A stretch of 64,000 nt of DNA, taken from the NCBI GenBank assembly GCA_030704615.1, contig CM060731.1:60512001-60576000 (forward strand). The letters are read 5' to 3'. Of the stretch, positions 1 to 12,000 are shown in pieces; the stretch's first letter is position 1, and every line of letters begins with the position of its first letter. Origin of the DNA: Takakia lepidozioides (Eukaryota; Plantae; Bryophyta). The translations under genes were made by a program, and so were the position numbers. A model generated the notes under the pieces. It made no database searches, was not told where the DNA came from, and worked only from the letters and a program-made list of their open reading frames with translations.

Positions 1-750
1 ACCACAATTCCAGCTTTGACGATGCAACCATGGACCTCTTTGCCCTTCTCCAACAGGCTCGCACATGCACTACAAACACAAACAAACGTAATGTGCTCGG
101 GCTTCACCCCCTAGACCCACATCATTTGCTCATAGGTCTCCAATTATGCATGTCCTGCGATCATCACGTTCCACCACACCACATTTCGCTCAGCCATATT
201 GTTGAGCACTCCTTGTCCACAAGGGAATGCTCCCACGTTTCGCATACATGTCGACGAGGTATTGTTACATCTGGTATAGTTCCAGCTTTGACGATGTCAC
301 GATGGACCTCTTTGCCCTTTACCAAGTCTCCAAGGCTGCCAGGTTTGCACATGCAGTGCAAACACAAATGAACGTGACCCGGTCAGGCTGCACCCCTTCT
401 CGCAACATTTGCTCATATGTCTCCAATGCCCTCATCCCGCATACATGCTGGCCATATCTTGCAAGATTCAGCGTGTTCCTTGAGACAACATTTCGTTTAG
501 CCATGTTATTAAACTCTCCCTTCGCAACTTCATAGGTCTCCAAAGCCTCCATCCCACGTCCCTGCTGTGCATACCCTGCAAGCATCGCACTCCACGACAC
601 TACATCTCGGCAAAACAGGCTGAAATAGCTCGAAGAAGAAGGTGCCCTCACCACATTGTCCTCTACCTTGTGTCATGACCCATTGCGGATTAGACTGACC
701 ATGAACCCAAGAAGACCTCTTGTGCGTGCTGCTTGTATCTATAGTCATGT
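1..750 (-). pseudogene. Decayed PLS-class pentatricopeptide repeat (PPR) gene fragment, continuing past the window start
   Basis: Frame-shifted ORF pieces carry PLS-PPR motifs: RDVVSWSAMLAGYAQQGRGMEALETY, EQMLREGVQPDRVTFICVCTACANLAAL, GKEVHRDIVKAG. Frames are broken by indels and stops. Confidence 0.8.
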
Positions 751-1399
751 AATGTGGGATTGGTTCGTAAGAACCACCACGGTGCAGCTGAGCGGGCAGA
801 GATTAAAATATGGGCTGCTAAGACCAAGCTGATTCCCCCAAGAACCTTCTAATCATCATGAAGAATACCAAATCATGGTACAAAGGGGAGCCAAGAGCCC
901 ACATTTGCACAGAATGCGCCCTTGACGCCATAAACGCTTGCAACAACAGGACATGGGCCTCGATTTGGTCTTCGTCCTTCTCGCATCACTTGCTTGTCTC
1001 TCTCTCAAGCCTCCATCCCTCTCCCAACACTTAGACAAATTCAGGCAAAGGACAAAGTTACTCTTCCACCCTTAGATCATTTTACATCCGACGATTACAA
1101 CAATCTTTACGAGCCACACAAGCCCTAAAATACATTAAAATATTCCACGTCATGAGCCATGTGGAGCACTTATAAAAATTCCATTTTTGAATAGGGTGTG
1201 CAATGAATGCCTAGTTGTTAAGAGTCATTCTCTAGTGTTTAAAACCACTTGTAATTGCTGTTTTAAAAAAAAAAAAACAATTTACGTAATTGAATTAAAT
1301 CGCCGCGAATATTGCGCCAACTGCGGAGTCATTGATGCAACTTCTATCCGCCATTAGAAATGCGAATTTATCCGTTACGACTGTGCAGTAGTAACAAAC

Positions 1400-4080
1400 A
1401 TCTCAAAGTTGTTCCCTCAGTGGTTTTGGACATGCAGTCGATTCGGAAAAGACACGAATGCTTCTAGTGCCTACGCTTGGGCCAACTCTGCCTCAAATGT
1501 GTGGTTCAACGGCCCTCTATTTTTTCCATTTGTTTTGGAGGCCACATGTGCTAGTCCAAATCTATAGAGTCCAATGTGTATGCAGCAAAGACAGTTCGGT
1601 CTGGGACTAAGGGTGGGCCTTTCTGGAAGCCACTTACTGTCCCCGAGTTCCGAGCCTTTGTGGGGATCTGCTTGTTCATGGGTATGAAGAAGTTGCCAAG
1701 TACCCGCTGTTACTGGCAGTCATCCGAAATTTTCTTGCTTGTCTAATGATTAGGAAAGTTATGCCTCGAGACAGATTTGAGGCAATCATGCGTTGCCTTC
1801 ATCTCGTTGACAATTCAACTTTGGTCACTGATCGAGCGAGTCCTCTGTATGACAAGGTGGGGAAGGTGCGCTCGCTTTGCGATGAGATTGTTGCTCGTTG
1901 CAAAGAATGGTGGAATCTGAATAAGATGGTGATAGTTGATGAGGTTATGATACGGTACAAGGGCAAATACTGTGCCATCCGACAGTACATGCCCAAGAAA
2001 CTGATTAAGTGGGGCATAAAAGTGTGGGCCATAACAGATAGTGTCACTAGTTATGTTTATAACTTTGATCTTTACTGCGGCAAGAATGGAGGGCCAGAGG
2101 GAATGAGAGAAAAAAGTGGAAAAATGTGAGGGATATGATGTGGTGAGCAGGTTGGTATCACCACTGCATGGTCGTGGTCATGTCGCGGTGACCGACAATT
2201 TCTTCATATTTCCTCAGTTGTTGTATGATATGGTCCTTCTTGGCACTTGGGCTACTGGTACAGTGAGGCTGAACCGCAAGGGGCTGCCCCCTTCCTTGAT
2301 TGCCATGAAGAAATCTAAAACTGCCCGACAGGAGGACTCGTGGTACAAAATGCATGTCACGCGGCAAATTGCTGCCGTTCTATGGTAGGACCAGAAATGT
2401 GTTTTTCTTGTATCTTCTGCAGCTCGGCCAGCCAGTGGGCCCAATTCACCTGTGAGCGTCCGTCGATTTGTGGGGAATCAGCGAGTGCACGTTCCGTCTG
2501 TGCCCATGCATGTCCAATACCAGACATACATGCGGGGTGTAGATGTTTAGGATCAATTGAGGGGTGCATATAGTATGCAATTGAAGACCCACAAGTGGTG
2601 GCACCGTGTCTTCTTTTTCCTTTTGGACACCACCATGGTGAATGCATACTTGCTCCACAGAGAGCATTTGAGAGGCAAAGGCCTACCTGCAATTAGCCAT
2701 CTTGAGTTCAATATGTAGATAACACATTGCTTTGACTGCTGGTGTTGTTGGCTTTGAACCAGTGGCTTCTATGTATGGAGAAGGACAGGCCCATGTGCAT
2801 CAGTGTCTACATTCCAGTCTTTGGCGTCAGTGTGCAAGGTGCCGCAAGAGGACTCACTTCTACTGTCCCCAGTGTAATGGGACATACATGTGCCTCGCCC
2901 AATGTTGGCGTGATGCCCACAGGATACGGGCAAGGTGATGACTTTGACTGTGCTCAATGCCTTGTGTATGTTCTTGTGATAGGAGGAGTGAAATCAGGAT
3001 TTGGCTGCATCTGCTGCTGATTTGGTTTGTGTGGTATGTACTGTCTGGTAGAGAGGTGACAGGGGGCTCATGGTGTTGTATGGCTACAGGGGGTATGTGT
3101 CATGGCAGCGGCGAGGTCATCGTTTTTTTTTTTTGACCTGTTCAGTTGCTGGTGTTTGTTCTTTGGTTTGTGAATGAGCACCGGTAAAGAGGGGACAATT
3201 GCGACGGTGGGTTTTGTTGTTTTTTGTGGAAAGAGGGGGGGGGGGGGGGGGGGGGGAACTGTCTGCATACTGGGCAGATCAGGGGGTTTAAGCCCCCTCA
3301 GTTCTTGGGAGTGGTTGAGAGATACAGTTGGGGAGGTTCATGGCGGGCGGACACATGAGTAACTTCCCCGGGTCCTTCAGTGTGGGCAGATGGCCCCGCT
3401 GCGTGTATCGGGTGCCTGATGGGAGCGAAGGGTTTTTGGCGACGTGGCCCCTTATAATGCCAACCGAAAAAGTTCACCTAGCCGGAAAAATAAGCATGGC
3501 CTGGAAGTGCCTGGAAAAAATACAAAATAATCCATCTACACTAGTGCTTTTGGTTTTTTCAAAAAGAAAATTTAGATTCCTGTTCACCTTTGGGCATTGC
3601 AAGATTGCACGAGAGGAAAGTGCATTTGGTTACAATGCGTAGGATCTATGCAGTATTTTCTAGGTCATTGTTGTTTCACACCAAGTGCATCCCTCTAATT
3701 GCACATACAAACCAACTAGTAGTTTTTTTGGGAATTTGGTGCTGCAATTTCAGGAGGACACCTGCAACCCAGCAAGGAATCTGTCTGAGGTGGACCGAGA
3801 CTAAGCAAAAAAAATTGTGATGGTAAATTTCCTTGGTCAAAGTGATTTTTTCTATCCACACTTGCTTGGACTTGATAAATTCACCATAGTAATTCGTTAT
3901 AATCTCCCTAAATTGACGGTAATTTTTTCTGAAATTTGGTCCTGCATGGAGTAGGTAAGAACTAGTTAGTATGGTTCAATTCCCTGGATGAACTTCTGCT
4001 AGCAGATACAGGGTTATTGATGACAGTGGGTCCCATTTTGGGGCTGTTTTCCTTTTGGCTCCCGGGCGCTTAGGGGTTAA
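1400..4080 (+). mobile_element. 5'-truncated, decayed piggyBac-superfamily DNA transposon (transposase relic about 1400-2938; candidate right end at 4076 followed by TTAA)
   Basis: piggyBac transposase (DDE_Tnp_1_7-type) motifs spread over several frames: MPRDRFEAIMRCLHL, VDEVMIRYKGK...RQYMPKK.IKWGIKVW, TDNFF, GTVRLNRKGLP, YMRGVD, KWWHRVFF, plus a C-terminal Cys-rich CARC...YCPQC...C...CWRDAH. The sequence CTTAGGGG|TTAA at about 4069-4080 fits a piggyBac terminus plus TTAA target. Confidence 0.88.
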
Positions 4081-4844
4081 AAACCACTCTATACATACCA
4101 GATTCATACTTGAAAACATCAGGGGCTGCATTATTGGAAAACCTACCTGCCTTAAAAAAATTCAGCACTGCATACCAGGACCCTTCTGGTATTTCCAATT
4201 CAAGATACCAAACCAACACTAGTAAACACCATCTTATATCCGTTGTAGCCAAGGCAACATGGTTGCCTCAACCTAGCCCAGGGACTCAAAAGTCCCAATT
4301 ACTCACACTTCAAATAACCAATTGATTCAGTTACCATTTTTAACAGATTGGCTATTATGGATAATATCCAATGTACTCATATGTAGCTAATTTGAACAAC
4401 CCAAAACCTCTTGTATGGTGGTCTTGCGCCTAGCCTTCAGCGGGCCATATGTTGGACGCTTGTAAATGTTGCATTTGGTGAAGTTTGTTCGATTGGTCTT
4501 CCTATGATATCCCATATTTGCTTATCAAAACTTGGACATTCTCTATGATGTTTTAACTCTTAACCACTCCTTTTCGTTGTAGGCATTTTGGAGAAAAGAT
4601 ATCTGACAATGAAAAATACCTCTAAAATCTTGAAAACATGTCCCCTCTCCCACCAAAAAAACTTCTCAATACTACGCCACGTACGTCATGGACTTCTCAC
4701 AAATTGACAAGATAATCAAGCAAGATTTGAAAAATCTTATCAGATGTGAGCGGCTTTTCTTCTTTTAACAACTTCACTGCTTGATAGAGGATAAATTTTA
4801 GTTTGTACTGTATCCATGAACTGAGAGGTAGAGCTAGCAAACCA

Positions 4845-5145
4845 TTAGGGTAGTCCACATAGATGTGTGTTTACCAGTGAGAGTGTTGAAGGGGCTTGCT
4901 ACTTCATCTTGTTCAAGGATGATCACACAACTTATATAATGGTGTATAATGGTGTATTGTGTCAAGTTCAAGTCAGATGCATTCAATTGCTTCAAAACGA
5001 CATTACACCAGTTTAAGAGAAAGGTAGGCCATGGCATCCAGGAGTGACAGCGGGAAGAATATATTGGACGAGTTCTAAGCGTTTCTTGAGGGGGAAGGAA
5101 TTATGCATAGCTTACTGCTCTTTATAAGCCAACACACAAAATTTG
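4845..5145 (+). mobile_element. Ty1/copia integrase (rve) relic
   Basis: Across frameshifts the + strand reads VVHIDVC...ESVEGACYFILFKDDHTTYIMVY...KFKSDAFNCFK...RSDSG...AFLEGEGIMH, which resembles the copia integrase core (HSDVCGP...YFVLFKDD...RSDNGGEY...GI.H). The ORF track does not show it. Confidence 0.7.
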
Positions 5146-6409
5146 GCTTTTTAGAATGTGACAATAGAACTGTAATGCAGACTGTGAGGTACTATACTGT
5201 ACCACAGTGAGTACCTGGAGTTATAGATTTCATAACTGGCCATGTTAGGTAGTATTCCTTGGCTGGGCTTCAGGGTTGGGTTGATGCCAAGGTGATGCTT
5301 TGCGAGGACCACAGGGTTTACGTATTGCCCAGATGAGTTATGTTGGTGGACTGGGACCTCCTATGGTCTATACTTCCCATTCACACAGTGGTACATGTTA
5401 GCTAAGCTGCTGGAAGTGTTGGTTGAGGGCGCAGGAGTGTTGCATATGACTCCACAAGGTTGGCATGATGGGCATTCTTGTGCTCCTGTCACTGCTGCCA
5501 CTGCTGTATTTACGGATTCCAAGTACTCAAGGCCATCTTGCTTGCTAACATTTACAAACTTTCAGACCCTTCCGCACCGGGGTGGGACCTTCTCAAGCAA
5601 TGACCGGGGGAGGTATAGCTTAGGTAGGTTGCACTGGTTGAGACCGACCGGATTCTGGACCTGTTGTGGAGTATGTATATTTGAGCTGCTTCCATGTTTA
5701 TTCTAGATACTCTCTGGGTGGATAGTCCTCTAGGGTGCTGCAGAGGGAAGTTCTCACTTGTAGAAAATGGCATCTCCTTTCTCCTTTGCACTGTCAAATG
5801 ATGCCTGCATTCTGGACTTCTACTCTTAAACAGTGGCTCCATGGAGGGACCTGTTAATGTCCCACATCTTTATCAAGCAGGCCTTCCAAACAGTGAAGGT
5901 TCGAGGTCTGGAGATTGTGGGAGATTTCTGGTGAGTGCCGAGTTAATCAAGCTAAGCATGAAATACTAGTCATTTGATGATTCAAATTGTCAATAACCAG
6001 TGAGTTTGTGAACTCCAGCCCACATTCTTGTAAGCTTCAAATGCTATGGGGCCTTGTTTTCGCATTGAGCACACCTACAATACTGAGGGTCATGCATTGG
6101 ACAATAAAATACTAGTCACAACATAGAGAACTAAAGCTTATTACACAAAGAAGCCAGAAGGAAAGATCCGTCATATGATTTGGATGATGAATACATCAGT
6201 AAGGCGTTTTTCATTGCACAAGAGAAAAAAAAAAATCAAGCCCGTGTTTACTGAAACCCACTCACACAACTGCGCTCGAGAGCACTCTTCAAGCAATAAT
6301 CACATGCCTGGCCAGTGCACTTGCCTGCTGCACCCATTAAGGGTGAGGTTTAAGGTGTCGGTGAACATGAGACACTACCATCATATAATGTGGCATTGCT
6401 TGTTGGCGA

Positions 6410-8332
6410 CTATGTCGCAGCTAGGTAGAGTGGCATGATCTGTCGAACGCCAAAGACGATGCATGTGATGATAAGTCCAAGCAATCCAACATTATTCCAG
6501 GCACCTCTGAACCTGTTCCGAGGGTCACCAGTGTAATAACTATGTGCCACCAACGATCATTCAAAGCATTAGTTCCAATACAATGGACTCTTCACCAATG
6601 TAGAAAGCAGTGCAAGCCATCACTGGTTGGATGCAACCGTTAGGGGTTGCATTCTCAACTTTAGAAAGCAAAAGCCAGTTGGAATTGATGCTTCCACTTG
6701 CTTCACTCCTTTTAGACATAAGTCATACTTCCTATCAATAATTGGAATAAAAATACCTGGAGCCTTGTAACATGTAAAGGGAACATTGTCAATGAACACC
6801 AATAAAAAGTTGTGAACTAGAGTCTTACCCTAGAGAGTAAATGACCCGCCCAACCACCCAAACCATACCACACCTGCAACATTCCCAACCCTGTGCTGTT
6901 AAAACCTCTTGGGATCTCATCCTGAGTCATATGGATTTTGTTCAGATTTCATTGCTTAAGATTTGTTTGGACAAAATATTAGAAATCATGGAGTCCTCGA
7001 CTTTGCTTTCCAAAGAGAGGAGAGGAAGCAGTGAGGCCGGGGGGGAGGTTGGTTGGGTTCATTAAAAACACTTCATCCAAGCAGAATATCATAAAGGCAG
7101 GAGAAAAAGTGAGTCGCAGGGTTGCTTACACAGAAGCCGTTATAGGATAGCCAAAGCCCGCCACCACAAGTAATGCAAGAAATGCTGGATAGTTTTCAAG
7201 TGTATTCTGGTGTGCACGCTGGTAACAGTTGAACAGAGACTCCTCGGCATCCTCATACATCTGTCGGGGAGCATACACCAACAAATCAGGACCAAATTTA
7301 CTTCTGGTCAAATCAGCTAGATGTGTGCCCAGGACAACGCTGGGGAGGAACTTGCCAATCCCCATTAGGTTAAATCTGTTGCAAAACAATATACCGATAT
7401 ATAAAAGAATCGCTGTCTTATTGCCTGAAGAAACTGGTGATTCCAAATGGAGGTCGACAACACCAACATAAATTGAAGTATCTAAACTATGAGAAGCTGA
7501 CAGGTGCCGATAGACCAAAGGCATGTCTCTCACTCACTGTTTGAAAACCTGTTCCAGAATTAACTGTTGTCGGTGGTAACTTTGGACACTAAATTCTTTC
7601 AGACATATCAGGTAGCTCCTGGAAAAAATTGCTGAAGAGACATCAAAAGAGATTCATACAAGAGCAATCACCAAAAATTACATTTCACAATGAAGATGTT
7701 GTCCAGCTGTGGGAAAGAGGAGATCCAAGGGAGGTCATGGTAATTTGGGCCAATGTAGGCACCTTGGGGTACTTGATGCCATTCTTCTGTCTTTGGATGG
7801 ACACCTGCATCCAGGCCATTGTGGCTATTTCCGTCAGCTAGTTTCAGTAGCACAAATCTCCTTGACGTGTGTAGCTGTTTTCTAGTTGACACCAGAAACC
7901 CCATCAGGTCTGTTCAGGATACATTTCTGCTCGGCATATACAGGATTTTCCTCCAATAATACTGACTGGCTAGCTCCTCTCCTTGAAGGAAACTCGGAAC
8001 CAATCCCAACTATGCATGTTTTAGTTTCCCAATGCCTCACACTTCGGATGCAGGGAGCCACCGAGATGCAGCAGTTAGACATAACGACCGGAAAAATGCA
8101 CCTGAACAGACTGCCACTGCGTGAGAATGGCGCTTGCAGAAGCCGTGAGCACGACATAGCCATACTCCGGAGGCAGAGGCAGCGACGCTAACGCCACTCC
8201 CCGCCTCAATTGGCAATTTCTGGCCGACCTTCTTCGACATTCGAGACTTCCAGGTGCGAGGCCTGGCCGAAGCGCATTGTGGGTAGTGCCGCCAAGTGCA
8301 GACGTGATCCCCAGCTTCCAGCTCATGGCCAT
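6410..8332 (-). CDS. MGST3: MAPEG-family microsomal glutathione S-transferase 3-like protein, 5 exons (8102-8332, 7763-7804, 7130-7260, 6829-6873, 6410-6539), about 192 aa with an N-terminal extension
   Basis: Spliced product: ...[65 protein letters not shown]...[34 protein letters not shown]...[13 protein letters not shown] is the MAPEG signature. All introns are GT-AG with consistent phases. Confidence 0.92.
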
Positions 8333-9019
8333 CGCGAGAGAGACACGCGCGATGGATAGAAGAAGATGACGAAGAAACACCCACCTCTCGCTATATTCGA
8401 GATTAGTCTACTGAAAGGAGAGATCGTCGTCGACGTTGCGAAATACCCTACGAGAATTGAGACACAAGCTTTCTAGGCAGCTTCTATCCTGTGCTGTTTG
8501 TCTTTGTCGTGCGCTGTCGGAGCGCCATAGCTCGTTCAGTCGTTTCCATGCGGCCAAAGTCAAAAGTCAAAGTAGAAGTGTAAGTAAGGTGTCAGCCTCA
8601 CTCACCGCACGCTAACCCTGCTTCTACCCAAAACGATGCCACGGTGGGCCAGCTTTGGGCAAGTTCCGTGCAACATGGGGAGGGAAGATGGGGTGTTGTG
8701 TAAGTTTGGTGCATCTATGTTGGAGTTCCGGGCCAGGTGAATATAGAGAGGACAATTTCGAGCGAGCTTGTAGGTTGCTTTGGGTCTCCCCCTCTCTGTC
8801 CCTGTCCTTAGATGTCGGAGGCTTGAAGAGTTGTCATTGACAGCAGGCATACTTCCGTCGTCTTTCTTATTTATCAAGGACTCAGTGTTGCAAAGACGCG
8901 GTGGAGCCAGTAATAAGGAGATAACGAAAGCAATTTGACGGCTCTTGATTACGGAGGAACTACAAGTGACTTCGGAGTGGGCATGTAGGATTGTAAGGAT
9001 CAAGTAGACAGGAGGAAGC

Positions 9020-12000
9020 ATGGGAGCCAGCCAGTCGTATTACTCTACCGCTTATGGGGATCCTTCGGAGCCGCCACTAACGCCAACTGCTAGATATTCT
9101 CATATCAGTGATCAGTACACTAGTTTCGAGCAGGTTGGTGATCCTTGGACCAAACTAAGCGGATTGGGTCTGGAGGATGTTGTAGAAATAGATTAAACAG
9201 CAGGTTCTTGCACCACACCACATCAGGTCATCAAGAACCTAAGGTTCTTAAGGTTCTTAATGACCTGATGTGATATGGTGCAAGGAACCTGCTGTTTAGT
9301 CTACAGTTTGGGGAATTCTAGCTCGAATCAAGTTGGTGTTGAGGGAAAATATGTAAGGAGGATGAATTTTGGTTCTGTTGCAACAGGTGCAACAAGCACT
9401 GCGTCAATCAGGTCTGGAGTCATCGAACCTTATCGTTGGCATTGATTTCACCAAAAGCAATGAGTGGACAGGTTTTTTCTTGCGGACCTGAAATCTCTAA
9501 TGTGGGAGAATGGATCTCATTTTGGAGTGTCGCTGGCTTCCATGACCCCGATATGTCGGGATTGTGTGTGTATGCAAATGTTCAATTTAGTGTACTCTGA
9601 CCCTCAACACTATGAGACGACGTTCTGGCTTCCTTTATCCTTTAATTTCTTCTTCTTCTGGGTGACTTTTGGGTGATGTTTTCCCCTGGTGTGTGCGATT
9701 TCATCTTTGAAAGCTCTTCTTGACCTCGGACATGGCTATCTCAAACACAGGGCATAACCTAGAAATTGACGATTGTCAAGGTTGACAGGGATGGATTGTG
9801 GTACTTGAGTATCGGTAAGGTGCCCATGCCTTGCATTTGGGAGTGTGATTTCTCAGTGTGTCTGACTTCCGGTGTGGTTGAAATGCTACAGGGAAGCACT
9901 CATTCAATGGGCGGAGCCTGCATGCTATTGGCAGGGTACCCAATCCATATGAGCAAGCGCTTTCTATAATTGGCCAAACCCTAGCTCCATTTGACGAGGA
10001 CAATCTTATCCCTTGTTTTGGCTTTGGAGATGGTGAGTGCTGTTCCAGTGTGCTGTGAAATATATGTTACCTGTTGCCTCTATGCCAAGGTCAAATGCTG
10101 AAGCATGCACATCATGTTTATTTGTCTCGTATTCATGGAGTGTAACATGTCTGATTGTTGGACACTTGTGATATTTTATTCCATGTAGCCTCAACCCATG
10201 ATCGAGATGTCTTCAGCTTCCTTCCAGACGGCAGGCCCTGTCGGGGCTTTGAGGAAGCTCTTGCACGATACAGGAGTTTGGTTCCACATGTGCGCCTTTC
10301 TGGTTCGTTGCATCTCTCTCTTGACGTCTAGGAATAATGCAAAGTTCACCTCTATTGCTTAGTGCAAGTCTCCAGTGGGTGTATCTATGCTAGATGTTGT
10401 CTGTGGACCTTGCAGCCATGCAGAACATATTATTCACATGTTGGTGAATATGGGCCACTTATACCCAGGAGACTCCAAAGTGCAATTTGTTATAAGCTAG
10501 GATGTCTGCATGTAACTTAAGATGAAAATATGGTTTTTGTCATCAGGTTGCTTGGGTAACCTTGTGTGGAAGCTCCAAAGGTTTTCTGTTGCTAACCCAA
10601 ATCAAAATTCCACCGTCTCTTGTGGAAGATAGAGCTTATCATCTCTTCTTAGCAAAGTAGAGATTGGTCAATCTACAGTAAAGGTCCCATCTACATTTGC
10701 ACTGCAATCCTCAAAATCCTTATCAGTGCAAAATTGGATTTTGAGTGAGATCTCTTAACGGGTTCCTTGTATTTCTGTTGTGCATGATAGGGCCTACATC
10801 CTTTTCTCCAATTATTCAGGTGGCAACAGACATTGTTGAAGAGAGTGGAGGACAATATCATGTCCTTATCATCATTGCCGATGGGCAGGTATTCAATGCA
10901 CAGTTTTCTTTTTGTTCAATACTCTGCATGTGCTGCTGCCTGCCTGTCCTCTAGCAGCCTGCCTGTCCTCTCTCCTTGCTAGTTATGACTTCCTGATGGG
11001 GCCAAAGAAATTCATTCAATTAACTTTGAAAATAAGTGTGGAGCTGGTCTGTAGAGTGTTGACAGGGTGGTTTGGAGGGGGTATTGTAGGTCACGAGGAG
11101 TATTGACACAGGTCCAGGCATATTCAGCCCACAAGAGAAGTTGACTGTTGATGCCATTGTGGCTGCCAGGTAAAACTCCCATTGCGTGATCTCCCATGAA
11201 GTCCTATCTATATATGTCTTTCTGTTTCTTTGCCCATCAATTTATTGCTTTAACATTTCGTGCGATTTTTGTTTGTCAGTGCAGTCAGTATCCACTATCA
11301 ATTGTGCTGGTTGGTGTGGGCGATGGTCCTTGGGACACAGTGCAGCAGTTCGATGACAACATACCAGCTCGCAGTTTTGACAATTTTCAGGTGTTTGTCT
11401 GTTCCTAAAATGTTTGTCCTGTGTCTTGAAGATGAGCTGCAAGGTAGTACCACCATGTGTGTGGTCTACATCTGTGAGAATCAGTTGATGCAGCTGGGTA
11501 GTGGTATCTTGCGGATTTAAAAGTTGGAAATATCTGATAGAACTCTCAGGTTTGTTGCATTGTTCGTACCATGACTACCTTTTGCTTTTCAAGGAGAGCA
11601 GATTGCTTGCTGTGGAGTTTTCGCAGAGGATCTCATTTGATGATCACTCTGACATTTTGAATAGTCATTCATTTCACGATAACCACCAGTGTTGTGATTT
11701 CCAAAGTAAGCATAGTAGGTCACTTTTGACCCCTTCATGGTATATACTGAGGTTTCGTGGAGGTAAACTGATTTGCAGGGGTTTCTGGGTGTAGTTTGTA
11801 AACTTCTCAGATGTGATGTCAAGGAACATGCCTCAACAACAGAAGGAGGCATTCTTTGCATTGTCTGCACTCATGGAGGTCCCTCAGCAGTACAAAGCGA
11901 CGATAGAGCTCAACATTTTGGGGTATGTTCAAAGTGTGGTTTCTCTTCCAGATGTTGAAGTCAGGCCACTTATTGATCACGGTTCTCAGTGTTTATAAGT

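Noticed and set aside
3235-3256. Poly-G run; also (AT)n at about 49811-49837 and (CATTT)n at about 21995-22060
   Set aside because: Simple low-complexity repeats with no further structure.
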